A DNA stretch of 64,000 nucleotides from contig CAYRKM010000001.1 in the NCBI GenBank assembly GCA_964425075.1, positions 331,060 to 395,059 on the forward strand, read 5' to 3'. The notes under the pieces are model-generated. The model was not told the DNA's origin. It did not search any database and worked only from the letters and a program-made list of their open reading frames with translations. Position numbers and translations under genes: made by a program. The stretch is from an uncultured Gammaproteobacteria bacterium (GTDB lineage: Bacteria > Patescibacteriota > Microgenomatia > Levybacterales > GWA1-39-11). Below, piece after piece: positions 7,748-17,091 of the stretch (its first letter is position 1; each line of letters opens with the position of its first letter).

Positions 7748-9496
7748 ATGAAAAACAGAATTATTCGCTCTGTTTTCTTTATCCTCATATTATTTATTTT
7801 TTCACAGAATAAAGCAAATGCAACCATCTTGTTCCAAGATAACTTCAATGATGGTGATAGTGTGGGATGGACGAAGATTGGACCCAACGCCAATACTGCA
7901 TGGAAAGTTGAAGGTGGTGTTTATAAGGGTCGAGTTATTACTCCGAGTACAAATATTGATACAGTTGCTGGGGATGAATCATGGGGGGATTATGTTTTGG
8001 AATTCGATATGATGCCAAAGCAGGGTGCTGATAAACACATTAAATCAAAGTGGACTACAGCCTTAGGTTTTACGCACGAAATTCATTTTACGGGAGGGGG
8101 GTTTGACACATCAGGTGGGAACGTAGTTTTTTCCCCGATTTTTAACGGAGGAATATATCATATGAAGTTGGTTTACGAGGGAAAAAAGGTGTCTTTTTAT
8201 AGGGATAACGTTCTGATGTTAGAGGAAATATATAATGGCCTTAGTTTAAATGGAAAAATTGGATTTAGAGTGGGCACCGGAGCATCCTCTCCCTCAGAGG
8301 TATGGTTTGATAATGTAAAAGTTACTACCCTGGATGACAGTCAGAACATATTAAGCGTTCCGCTTCTAAAACAAAATGCTAATCCGTGGGGTCCAATGCT
8401 TTATGATTCTGCAAATCTTTGGGCAGGATCGCAAAATGATATATCTCGCTGGGGATGCGCTTTAACGTCAGCTGCTATGGTATTTCAATATCATGGGGTA
8501 AAGAAGATGCCAGATAATTCAAATCTTGACCCCGGTACTTTGAATTCTTGGCTCAAATCACAACAAGATGGATATATTAGGAATGGATTGGTAAATTGGC
8601 TTGCATTATCTCGCCTTTCCTATCTTACTAGATTTAATAATAATTACGACCAATTTGACGCGCTAGAATACAAAAGGATAAATAGCGCAAATAAGGTTCA
8701 ATTGACCAATGACCTAGAAAATAAAATTCCGGGAATTCTCGAAGAGCCTGGACACTTTGTTGTTGCCAAAGGTAAAGATGATGCTAATAATACTTTTGTC
8801 ATTAACGACCCTTTTTACTCAAGAGAATCATTATTAGATTACGGTAACACCTTCTTGTCTCTTGGTAGATTTGTTCCTTCGCAAACGGATTTGTCATATT
8901 TAATGTTTGTAGTGGATGATAATATCGATCTGACTTTAAAAGACAGTAATGGCAATGATGTTGGTGAACTTTATCAGCAAGACGCTATAGATAATCCTTT
9001 AAATGACAGTGAAGGCAATGCAAAAGTTAAAGTCCTATATTTTGAGCAGCCAGAGGGTGGGAATTATACGGTAGTTCTTAATTCTTCAGATAGTTCCAGC
9101 TATTCACTTGAGGCGTATTTATATGACATAGAAGGAAATGTTAAGAAGCTTGATTTCGGAGGTTTGGTTGGAGATGGAGCTGAGGATACATACGAAATTG
9201 GGTTGAACAAAGAGGATAGTTCTCAAAGCAATGCTTCGCAAATAGTATCTTTTGATTCTTTGAAAAGCGATATTATTCTTTTATATAAATTAGGAAAAAT
9301 AAAAAACTTTGGTAGATATACTGCATGGGTTGCACAAGTTGACCAGGCAAAATTTCTATCACGAATTACCAAGAAGGGTACAAAAGTAATTCTGAATTCA
9401 CTAAAAAATCAAATAGAAAATGATAAAAAAGCGATTGACGATGCATCCAAGTCAATACTAATTAACCAAATAAATATTCTTATTAACTCATTGTAG
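7748..9496 (+). CDS. Secreted protein: concanavalin-like (DUF1080-type) domain plus C39-like cysteine peptidase domain
   Basis: Signal peptide, LFQDNFNDG...GW, VWFDNVKV; VPLLKQ, GCALTSAAMV, GHFVV, INDP (Q-C-H-D catalytic set). Confidence 0.75.
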   Translation: MKNRIIRSVFFILILFIFSQNKANATILFQDNFNDGDSVGWTKIGPNANTAWKVEGGVYKGRVITPSTNIDTVAGDESWGDYVLEFDMMPKQGADKHIKSKWTTALGFTHEIHFTGGGFDTSGGNVVFSPIFNGGIYHMKLVYEGKKVSFYRDNVLMLEEIYNGLSLNGKIGFRVGTGASSPSEVWFDNVKVTTLDDSQNILSVPLLKQNANPWGPMLYDSANLWAGSQNDISRWGCALTSAAMVFQYHGVKKMPDNSNLDPGTLNSWLKSQQDGYIRNGLVNWLALSRLSYLTRFNNNYDQFDALEYKRINSANKVQLTNDLENKIPGILEEPGHFVVAKGKDDANNTFVINDPFYSRESLLDYGNTFLSLGRFVPSQTDLSYLMFVVDDNIDLTLKDSNGNDVGELYQQDAIDNPLNDSEGNAKVKVLYFEQPEGGNYTVVLNSSDSSSYSLEAYLYDIEGNVKKLDFGGLVGDGAEDTYEIGLNKEDSSQSNASQIVSFDSLKSDIILLYKLGKIKNFGRYTAWVAQVDQAKFLSRITKKGTKVILNSLKNQIENDKKAIDDASKSILINQINILINSL

Positions 9497-9556
9497 TTTT
9501 TTTTCATTTTCACATCAAAAATTGACTTCTTTAGTGTAAATTGAGATTATGAATTC

Positions 9557-10762
9557 ATGAAGGAGAAAAGTAAAAAAATCCTATTCGTTGTAGTATTCCT
9601 CTTTGCTATTTTTTCAACAATCCTTATCTCCATAACTGCTGCAAAATTTAATTCTGATAAATCTCTTACCCTTCTAGCCACACAATTTGCAAAAGGACAT
9701 ATATCACTTGAACCAACAGAGGAATTGCCCGCAGGGGACATATCAATTTATAACGGTAAATATTATATGTACTTTGGGCCACTGGCATCAATTATATTAA
9801 TGCCTTTTGTTGCAATTTTTGGATCTAATTTTCCTCAAATTGTAATTGGATTTCTTACTTTAATTCTGACATTTTATGCTGTTTATTCACTTTCAAAGTC
9901 TTTTAAATTTAGCAGCATTGATGCTTTATGGCTTTCTTTGTTTTTTGTTTTCTCAACTGTTGTATTCTCAACCAGCGTCATAAACATTACCTCTTATCTT
10001 GTAGAGGCATTAGGGGTTCCATTGGTTTTGCTTTCTCTTGCTGAATATTTTGGAAAGAAGAGGCCTTTATTGACTGGATTATTTTTGGGTCTTGCAGTAC
10101 TGACTAGGGCAACATTAATTTTATCAATAATATTTTTTGTGGTAGAGTTTTTGAAAAAAAGACTCTCAATAAAACAATTTGGATTGATTTTAGTGCCATT
10201 TGTATTGTGTTTAGTGTTTTATGGTTCATATAATTTTTTGCGATTTCAATCTTTTATTGAGACAGGATATAGATATCACATGGCACACCCTTTTCCATTA
10301 AGTGTAAATTTTTCTTATGGTGAGATTAGTCTTATGCATTTGCCTGCCAACTTATATAGTTTTTTCATAATGCCACCTGAGCCTATCAGATATGATCTTC
10401 ATGGTTTTGTTTTTAAATTTCCATATCTTAAAGCAAATCCTTGGGGAATGGCTATTTGGTTTACTTCCCCCCTGTTCTTACTTCTATTTAGATTTCGAAA
10501 AAATATTTATTCTATCTCAGCAGGTATTACTGCTTTATGTCTGGCATTACCAATTTTTATTTATTTTAGCGTTGGGTTTGCGCAATTTGGATATCGCTAT
10601 GCGTTGGATTTTCTTCCTTTCCTTTTCCTGCTTTTGGTGCCTTCGCTTTTGCCAAAGCTCTCAAAAACTGCAGTCGTACTTATAATAATTGGTGTGGTTT
10701 TTAATTGCATTTTTATAACAAGCCTTTGGGACGTTTATCCGCATTTTGGGATATACAAATAA
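9557..10762 (+). CDS. Polytopic membrane protein, GT-C glycosyltransferase-like
   Basis: About 10 TM segments; YMYFGP, GLAVLTR, QFGYRYALDFLP. Confidence 0.6.
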   Translation: MKEKSKKILFVVVFLFAIFSTILISITAAKFNSDKSLTLLATQFAKGHISLEPTEELPAGDISIYNGKYYMYFGPLASIILMPFVAIFGSNFPQIVIGFLTLILTFYAVYSLSKSFKFSSIDALWLSLFFVFSTVVFSTSVINITSYLVEALGVPLVLLSLAEYFGKKRPLLTGLFLGLAVLTRATLILSIIFFVVEFLKKRLSIKQFGLILVPFVLCLVFYGSYNFLRFQSFIETGYRYHMAHPFPLSVNFSYGEISLMHLPANLYSFFIMPPEPIRYDLHGFVFKFPYLKANPWGMAIWFTSPLFLLLFRFRKNIYSISAGITALCLALPIFIYFSVGFAQFGYRYALDFLPFLFLLLVPSLLPKLSKTAVVLIIIGVVFNCIFITSLWDVYPHFGIYK

Positions 10763-10764
10763 AT

Positions 10765-10789
10765 AACCCACGACTACGGTCGGGGTTTT
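10765..10789 (+). terminator. Intrinsic terminator-like hairpin
   Basis: aacccacgac-tacg-gtcggggtttt directly after the stop codon. Confidence 0.5.
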
Positions 10790-10858
10790 CTTGAACAATT
10801 ATAAATTAATTTTTTATTTAGCTTGCGCGTTTGATTATATTTTTGACATAATAAATTC

Positions 10859-11692
10859 ATGCCTCAGTTATTTGTTATTAAAAAATCAGGAGATAGAGAA
10901 GAGTATGATGAGAAAAAAGTAATGCGCTCCATGAAGCGCGTGGGTGTGCCAGAAGATCTACAACCCGAAGTGCTTGCGCATATTAAGGGGCAATTTCAAA
11001 ATGGGGAACTTCCAACTGATATTTTATTTGAGCAGATTTTACAATACTTGGAGCCTCGGGATAGAAAATCATCTTTAAGATTTAATCTTCGCCAGTCAAT
11101 CTTTGATTTGGGTCCAAGCGGATTTCCGTTTGAGCAATATCTTGCACAAATTTTTAGGGAGCAGGGGTATAAAGTTGAGACTGGCCTATTGATGCAAGGA
11201 GATTGTGTAAAACATGAAATCGATTTGCTCATCGAAAAAGATGGGCATAGACAAATTATTGAAGCAAAATTTCACAATCACCAGGTAGTAAAAAGTGACA
11301 TCCAAACTGCACTTTACACATACGCAAGATTTTTGGATGTTAAGGAAAAAAATAATATCGATAATGTTTGGCTTATTACAAATACAAAATTAAGCACTGA
11401 TGCAATTGCATACTGTGAGTGTAAAGGAATTCCTGCAATTGCTTGGAATTATCCGGAGAGGGACAACCTGCAAGATTTTGTTGAGAACCCCAAAATGTAT
11501 CCAATAACAATTTTAAAGTCACTAACAGAGCAGGAGAAAAAAAGACTAATTGAAAAAAATGTTGTTTTATGCAGGGACTTGTTGACAAAATCAGATAGTG
11601 AGCTTTCCGACCCATTGATAAAAGACGAAAGTCTTGCCCGTGCAAGGGAGGATGCACAACTAATCTGCCCCCTACCTTTAAGAAATGACTAA
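10859..11692 (+). CDS. ATP-cone domain plus Mrr-like PD-(D/E)XK restriction endonuclease domain protein
   Basis: N-terminal VIKKSGDREEYDEKKV (ATP cone); LGPSGFPFEQY, HEIDL...IIEAKFH, WLITNTK. Confidence 0.8.
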   Translation: MPQLFVIKKSGDREEYDEKKVMRSMKRVGVPEDLQPEVLAHIKGQFQNGELPTDILFEQILQYLEPRDRKSSLRFNLRQSIFDLGPSGFPFEQYLAQIFREQGYKVETGLLMQGDCVKHEIDLLIEKDGHRQIIEAKFHNHQVVKSDIQTALYTYARFLDVKEKNNIDNVWLITNTKLSTDAIAYCECKGIPAIAWNYPERDNLQDFVENPKMYPITILKSLTEQEKKRLIEKNVVLCRDLLTKSDSELSDPLIKDESLARAREDAQLICPLPLRND

Positions 11693-12743
11693 AATAATTT
11701 CACTTCCCGGACTCATTGATGTGCATGTGCATTTTAGAGATCCCAGTCAAACACATAAGGAAGATTTCTATACAGGGACACTCGCTGCTCTTACTGGTGG
11801 TTTTACTACTGTAATAGATATGCCCAACAACTTAGTACCAATCACAACAAAAAAATTATTGGATGAGAAAATAAAAATAGCAAAGAAAAAGATAATGTGT
11901 GATGTAGGTTTTCATTTCGGATCATTGGGGGAAAACTTAGGCGAATTTGGAAAAGTTAATAAAAAGGTTTTTGGGTTAAAGCTGTATCTAAATCAAACAA
12001 CGGGGAATTTTTTAATTGGAAAAAGAGAATTAAGGAAAATTTATTCTTCCTGGAATTTTTCCCAACCCATTCTTCTACATGCTGAGGAAGATATGTTGGA
12101 TACTGTGTTTCAAATTGTAAAAGAAACCAAAAGGAAAACCCACATTTGTCACGTCTCATCTAGTGTGGAACTGGAAAAAATTATAAAAGCTAAAGAAAAA
12201 GGATTGCCAGTAACTTGCGGTGTAACTCCACACCATTTATTTTTAACCGAAAAAGATGAAAAAAATCTTGGGCCTTTTGGAAAAATGAAACCATATTTAA
12301 AATCAAAAAAGGACGTAAAATTTTTGTGGGACAATTTAGCATATATTGATATCATCGAGTCAGACCATGCGCCCCATACAAGAGAAGAAAAGCAAGCCGA
12401 GGCGCCCTTTGGTGTTCCAGGGCTTGAAACTACTCTTCCGCTAATGCTTACTGCAGCAGAGGAGGGTAAAACAACAATTGATGAGATAGTTCAGCTTTGC
12501 CATACAAATCCAGCTATAATATTTAATATCTCAACAAGCAGCAAAACATTTATAGATGTAGACATGAGTGAATATAAAATTCAAAACAAAAATCTTAAAA
12601 CAAAATGTAAATGGTCACCATTTGATGGAAGAAAAGTTGTTGGAAGAGTAAAGAGAGTTGTTGTAAGGGGAGAGAAAGTATTTGAAAATGGAAAATGCTT
12701 AATAGAGAAGGGCGCAGGAAAAATTATTGTTCCGGCTATGTAG
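11685..12743 (+). CDS. pyrC: Dihydroorotase (amidohydrolase family)
   Basis: PGLIDVHVHFRDP, GGFTTVIDMPN, HICHVS, TPHHL, SDHAPH, GVPGLET. Confidence 0.9.
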   Translation: MTKIISLPGLIDVHVHFRDPSQTHKEDFYTGTLAALTGGFTTVIDMPNNLVPITTKKLLDEKIKIAKKKIMCDVGFHFGSLGENLGEFGKVNKKVFGLKLYLNQTTGNFLIGKRELRKIYSSWNFSQPILLHAEEDMLDTVFQIVKETKRKTHICHVSSSVELEKIIKAKEKGLPVTCGVTPHHLFLTEKDEKNLGPFGKMKPYLKSKKDVKFLWDNLAYIDIIESDHAPHTREEKQAEAPFGVPGLETTLPLMLTAAEEGKTTIDEIVQLCHTNPAIIFNISTSSKTFIDVDMSEYKIQNKNLKTKCKWSPFDGRKVVGRVKRVVVRGEKVFENGKCLIEKGAGKIIVPAM

Positions 12744-13842
12744 TAGTCCAAGAGTTAATTATATCCATAGCTTTATTCTCGCTTTCCTTTATTTCTTGCG
12801 CAAGGTATGGATTCCACATTGCACCGGTTGCAGACATGACACTATCTGCTCCTGAGCGAATATATTCAAAGTAGTCCTCAGATTTTGTAACTCCCCCTAC
12901 CCCCTCAATTGAAAAGTTATATTGATTTTCATCTCTTATTTTTCTCATTCGTTTTACCATATCAAGTCCCGCCCATTTTATTGCATGACCACATATTCCA
13001 CTGAGTTCTCTACCATTTCCAGGAAGGGCTTGTACTCCATTTCTATCTATAATTTTTGCAGGTAAAGTATTCACGGCTGCAACACCTTTAATGTATGGGG
13101 CGACTTTCTCAAGGAAATTTTTTAACGCTTCATTATCATAAAAATAAGAAATCTTAATAACTAACGGAATATCACCAATGACGTTTTTTATTAAATTTAG
13201 GATAGCCACCGTTTTGTCAGTGTCATAGCATATAAGATTTGAGTGTCCTTCATTTGGACAACTTAAGTTTACCTCCATTGCCTTAACACCAGTTTCTGCC
13301 ATAAGCTTTGCGGCGAGTTTGTAATCATCAAAATATTTTTTCTCATTGTGTTCTGGATTTAGGCTTCCCTGAAAACTTCCCACCACAAGTTGACCCTTGC
13401 GAGTATTTTTTACGAGTCTAGAAATGTCTTCTTGCCAAATCTCTGGTTCATATGAGGGCACGCCAAAAGAATTTGTAATTGATAAAGGCTCGGTATAATT
13501 TTGATGTCCCACGATTCCTTTTTGGCCATCCTCCAGCGTGAGATCTCCTGCAACGTTTACCGATAGAACATTTGGCCATTGATGAGAAATATGCTTTTTG
13601 GTTCTGACGGTTTTATATACCACAATGTCAAACCCCTTATCCATTGCTGCTTGTGCAAACTTTGAATTTAATAAAGGGCCCGCAGGTATTCCGAATGGAA
13701 GATAAACCTTGTGTCCTAAAAATTCAAAGTGTGGCTCATCTGTTTGTTGAAAAATTTTTCCGTCGTTAAAGTCACCAAAAGGACCATTATCATAGTTGTC
13801 CTCATAACTTTTGGTTGGATCGTAAAATGGGGCGAGAAGCAT
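12736..13842 (-). CDS. pyrD: Dihydroorotate dehydrogenase-like FMN TIM-barrel protein
   Basis: PFGIPAGP, YKTVR, TNSFG, EVNLSCPN, VIKIS, AVNT, SGICG, GVGGV; start set at ATG 13842 by TTGACT-17-TAATCT-7-ATG. Confidence 0.78.
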   Translation of the reverse strand: MLLAPFYDPTKSYEDNYDNGPFGDFNDGKIFQQTDEPHFEFLGHKVYLPFGIPAGPLLNSKFAQAAMDKGFDIVVYKTVRTKKHISHQWPNVLSVNVAGDLTLEDGQKGIVGHQNYTEPLSITNSFGVPSYEPEIWQEDISRLVKNTRKGQLVVGSFQGSLNPEHNEKKYFDDYKLAAKLMAETGVKAMEVNLSCPNEGHSNLICYDTDKTVAILNLIKNVIGDIPLVIKISYFYDNEALKNFLEKVAPYIKGVAAVNTLPAKIIDRNGVQALPGNGRELSGICGHAIKWAGLDMVKRMRKIRDENQYNFSIEGVGGVTKSEDYFEYIRSGADSVMSATGAMWNPYLAQEIKESENKAMDIINSWTTT

Positions 13843-13932
13843 TTCAACAAGATTAGCAAAACTTATGTAAGTAGTCAAATATAGTGGCTCGGTTTGACTG
13901 ATAATAAAGAGTGTGATATCGTAATTTACGAT

Positions 13933-14397
13933 ATGCTACGTTTACTTACATATTTATTACCTCAGAATATTGCTTATGCTCATTGCGACATTCCTTGTGG
14001 TATTTATGATCCGACTCCACTTCAGATTGCGGCACATACTGTTCTTCGAATGACACAGTTATTAGACGAACATGGTGAAAACATGCATGATGTTGCAAGA
14101 ATTGTTCATGTAAAAGAAGAGCATGGAAAGAAAATAGAAGATGAGTTGGGGACTTTAAAAAATGATTATTTTAAGCCAGAACATCAAGAAAAATATCCAG
14201 AACTTCAAAAACTTATTTCAGACGCAGTTTTATTATCTATAAAAACGCGCCAAAAAGAAGACGTAGGATCTGCAAAAGAATTAATTGAAAAGTGTCTTTT
14301 GATTTCTGAAATATTTTATAAAACAAAAAACGTAACTCCTGTTAGAGTTAAATCAATTTATCCAACTGAAGGCGAGATAGTTACATACCACGAGTAA
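13933..14397 (+). CDS. sodN: Nickel superoxide dismutase precursor
   Basis: Ni-hook HCDIPCGIYDP after a 16-aa propeptide ending AYA; KEEH, DYFKP. Confidence 0.93.
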   Translation: MLRLLTYLLPQNIAYAHCDIPCGIYDPTPLQIAAHTVLRMTQLLDEHGENMHDVARIVHVKEEHGKKIEDELGTLKNDYFKPEHQEKYPELQKLISDAVLLSIKTRQKEDVGSAKELIEKCLLISEIFYKTKNVTPVRVKSIYPTEGEIVTYHE

Positions 14398-14708
14398 TGT
14401 TTTCTTCATTATTTCTTAAATTTTCCCCCATTAATAAATTTGTAGTTAAAGAAAAAAGCATGGAGCCGTATTTAAAAGAAAATGATAAAGTCCTAGTCTT
14501 AAAATATTTTTTTTCAAAACCAAAAGTAGGGGAAGTAATAATTTTTTACCACACTACCCCGCCGCACCTTTTAATTAAAAGAATAATAAGAATAAACAGT
14601 AAGGGAATTTGGGTAGAGGGGGATAATAAAATAAAAAGTAAGGACAGTAGAAATTTTGGATTTTTAGAAAGACGGAATATAATTGGAAAAGTATTGATGA
14701 AGTTATGA
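14397..14708 (+). CDS. sodX: Ni-SOD maturation protease (S26 family)
   Basis: SMEP.LK, LIKRI, WVEGDN...SKDSRNFG; start overlaps the sodN stop. Confidence 0.88.
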   Translation: MFSSLFLKFSPINKFVVKEKSMEPYLKENDKVLVLKYFFSKPKVGEVIIFYHTTPPHLLIKRIIRINSKGIWVEGDNKIKSKDSRNFGFLERRNIIGKVLMKL

Positions 14709-15214
14709 TTTGGATAAGCTTAATTCCTATAATTGTTTTGTTAATTATCCTGACTTTTGTTTGGCCGCCCGATAGTCCATGGAGTCCTTGGTGGAGAACA
14801 AATAAAAAAGTAGCAAGAGCTGCAGCAAAACTTGCAGGTATATCGTCAAAAGACATAGTCTACGAATTAGGCAGTGGAGACGGTGAATTTATCCTTGCAG
14901 CGGTTTCTGAGTTTGGTGCAAAAAAAGGAGTGGGAATAGAGATAGAACACACAAGATATATAATTTCAAAAATCAAAAAGCAAATTTCAAAAGTAGAAAA
15001 TGTAGAGTTTGTGAGAAAAGATTTTAAAGAAGTAAAATTGACGGAGGCAACAGTTGTCTATTTTTATTTAGTGCCTGCAGTTATTAAAAGAATTCTTCCA
15101 AAACTAAAAAAGGAATTAAAGCCGGGAACAAAAATAGTAAGTTTGAAATACAAAGTGCCGTTGGAAGTTGTAAAAGAAGATAAGAAAAATAAATTATATT
15201 TATATAAGATTTAG
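14705..15214 (+). CDS. Membrane-anchored class I SAM methyltransferase
   Basis: N-terminal TM; VYELGSGDG, GIEI, ATVVYFYL, LKPGTKIVS. Confidence 0.85.
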   Translation: MIWISLIPIIVLLIILTFVWPPDSPWSPWWRTNKKVARAAAKLAGISSKDIVYELGSGDGEFILAAVSEFGAKKGVGIEIEHTRYIISKIKKQISKVENVEFVRKDFKEVKLTEATVVYFYLVPAVIKRILPKLKKELKPGTKIVSLKYKVPLEVVKEDKKNKLYLYKI

Positions 15215-15271
15215 GAAAATGCGCATTAGGTCTTGACAGAAATATAAACAAGTAACATAATAGCACCCATA

Positions 15272-16057
15272 ATGGCAGTAACGGTAGAAGCACCAAGAAA
15301 TCCTCATGTTGCGCGGCTTTCAGTAATGGGTCGTACAGAACAATTCCCTCACAAATTTTTGGAAGTTCCACACCGAACAATGGACGGAAGGACATTTAGA
15401 ATGCTTGATGACCTTCGGCATGGAAGATATTGGGATGTATTGCATGGTGTAAATGGAAGCACTAATCCATATCATCCTGATGATCCTAGAACAAAGCAAG
15501 ATAAAAGGAGTTGGGCAAGACAGACCTTTACACAAGAAGAATTACAAGAACTTGTGCAAATGAGTGTGGATATTGCTTTAACCCAGCCCATTCAAACACC
15601 ATGGCCTGCTAGTCATGAACCATATAGAGTTCTTTACCACGCATTTGTTCCAGAAGATGAGGGATCTCTTTGGGAAGGCAGTGTGTCAGAAGATTTTCGT
15701 CACGCGGTTATTAATGGAGCGCTTTGGGAAGCAATTCCAAATAGTGCATGGATGATGGGGAGAATATTGGAAGAGCACCACTCAGATCTTGATGTGGGCT
15801 TTGCAGCAAAAGGTTATCCTATTTTTAAAGCAAATCGTGGAGAAGAACGAGAGCCAGATCTTATACATCTTTCAGACAGAAACCGCAAAAGATATAAAAA
15901 GTTTGTTGATGCTATAGCTGAGGATCCTAGAGCTGTAGGTTTGAATGAGGCAAAGGTAGGTTTTCTAACAGGGCCAATTAAAGATTTAGGTTCTAAAAGA
16001 GAACAAGCGGAAACAAAATATTTGCTATCTGAGGTTGGTAGACTTCAACAGTTTTAG
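15272..16057 (+). CDS. Hypothetical protein (261 aa)
   Basis: Long ORF with own promoter TTGACA(15233)-17-CATAAT; no recognisable family. Confidence 0.7.
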   Translation: MAVTVEAPRNPHVARLSVMGRTEQFPHKFLEVPHRTMDGRTFRMLDDLRHGRYWDVLHGVNGSTNPYHPDDPRTKQDKRSWARQTFTQEELQELVQMSVDIALTQPIQTPWPASHEPYRVLYHAFVPEDEGSLWEGSVSEDFRHAVINGALWEAIPNSAWMMGRILEEHHSDLDVGFAAKGYPIFKANRGEEREPDLIHLSDRNRKRYKKFVDAIAEDPRAVGLNEAKVGFLTGPIKDLGSKREQAETKYLLSEVGRLQQF

Positions 16058-17086
16058 ATATACCCACCGCACTTTGTCTGTGACTTTGTAAAATTGATAC
16101 ATTCCAGGATTTATAACAAGATCATAACTTCCGATAAATTCCGTGTGAGTTGCTCCATACCCTTCTTTAAATTTATGAAATCCGTACCATGGGTCATTTT
16201 TGTTTGGTTCTTTTCCTAATGCTCCCCACATGTCAAATTTTTTAAGTCCTAACTTTTTTCCAAAACGGATTGCCTCCCACATAATTAAGTTGGAAGCCAT
16301 AACATTTCTATACTCACTGCTAGACGCCCCATATGGGTAATAAAGCATGTCATGGAATTGAAATAAAACCCAAGAAGCCAAGGTTGCTTCTTTTTTCTCA
16401 CCTTCAGGTCGGTATATGGCTTTAAGTAGATGGGCGGAAAGCCCGGTTTTATTATCTTTCAAAGTCTCCCACATCTTTGTGTGGTAGGTTGGAGTGTGTG
16501 CATAAAATTTCTGTCTAGTTGTTGTTTCCTCAGTTAATTTCAAATATTGCTTAAAACTTTCATCAGAATTGTCCTCTACTATTTTCACCATCTTTTTCAT
16601 CGCGATTTTTATGTTGTATCTTGTTTTGTGATGGAAGGATTTTAAAAGCTCGTCTTCAGGCCTTGTAATATCCAGGACAAAAGTAAATTTTGTTAAGAGA
16701 GGATGGAAAGAAGGACGAAGTTTATGATTAATGATTAATGATTTATGATTAATGACATTTGGTTCAAGTTGGATAAAGATGCAATTATTTTCTTTTCCAA
16801 CTTTTTTAAGTTCGGCAATTAATGTTTCGTTAGGCAAGGCTCCTTTAGGAAGATATCCAATTGTAAATTTAGTTTTAGGAATTTTATGAATTGTAATGGT
16901 AAAGCCCTCGATTAATTTGCCATTTTCAATAAGTCCTCGTCTTATAACTTTAACTCCGGTTTTTTTCCGAAATTCTCCCCACTCATAACTTTGCAGGGGA
17001 TGCGTTACAACAGCATTATATTCTTCTTTCTTGTCTTCTGTAATGTCGATAAAACCATTTTGGTTTTTACGTTGTATAAACTCCAT
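16025..17086 (-). CDS. FemAB/FemX family peptidoglycan bridge aminoacyltransferase
   Basis: HPLQSYEWGEF, GYLPKG, KTRYNIK, YYPYGASS, WEAI, FDMWG, GFHKFKEGYG. Confidence 0.9.
   Translation of the reverse strand: MEFIQRKNQNGFIDITEDKKEEYNAVVTHPLQSYEWGEFRKKTGVKVIRRGLIENGKLIEGFTITIHKIPKTKFTIGYLPKGALPNETLIAELKKVGKENNCIFIQLEPNVINHKSLIINHKLRPSFHPLLTKFTFVLDITRPEDELLKSFHHKTRYNIKIAMKKMVKIVEDNSDESFKQYLKLTEETTTRQKFYAHTPTYHTKMWETLKDNKTGLSAHLLKAIYRPEGEKKEATLASWVLFQFHDMLYYPYGASSSEYRNVMASNLIMWEAIRFGKKLGLKKFDMWGALGKEPNKNDPWYGFHKFKEGYGATHTEFIGSYDLVINPGMYQFYKVTDKVRWVYLKLLKSTNLR
16722..16756. repeat. Heptamer tandem repeat inside the femAB-like CDS
   Basis: ttatgat taatgat taatgat ttatgat taatgac, encoding VINHKSLIINHK. 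Confidence 0.75.
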
Positions 17087-17091
17087 AGGTA

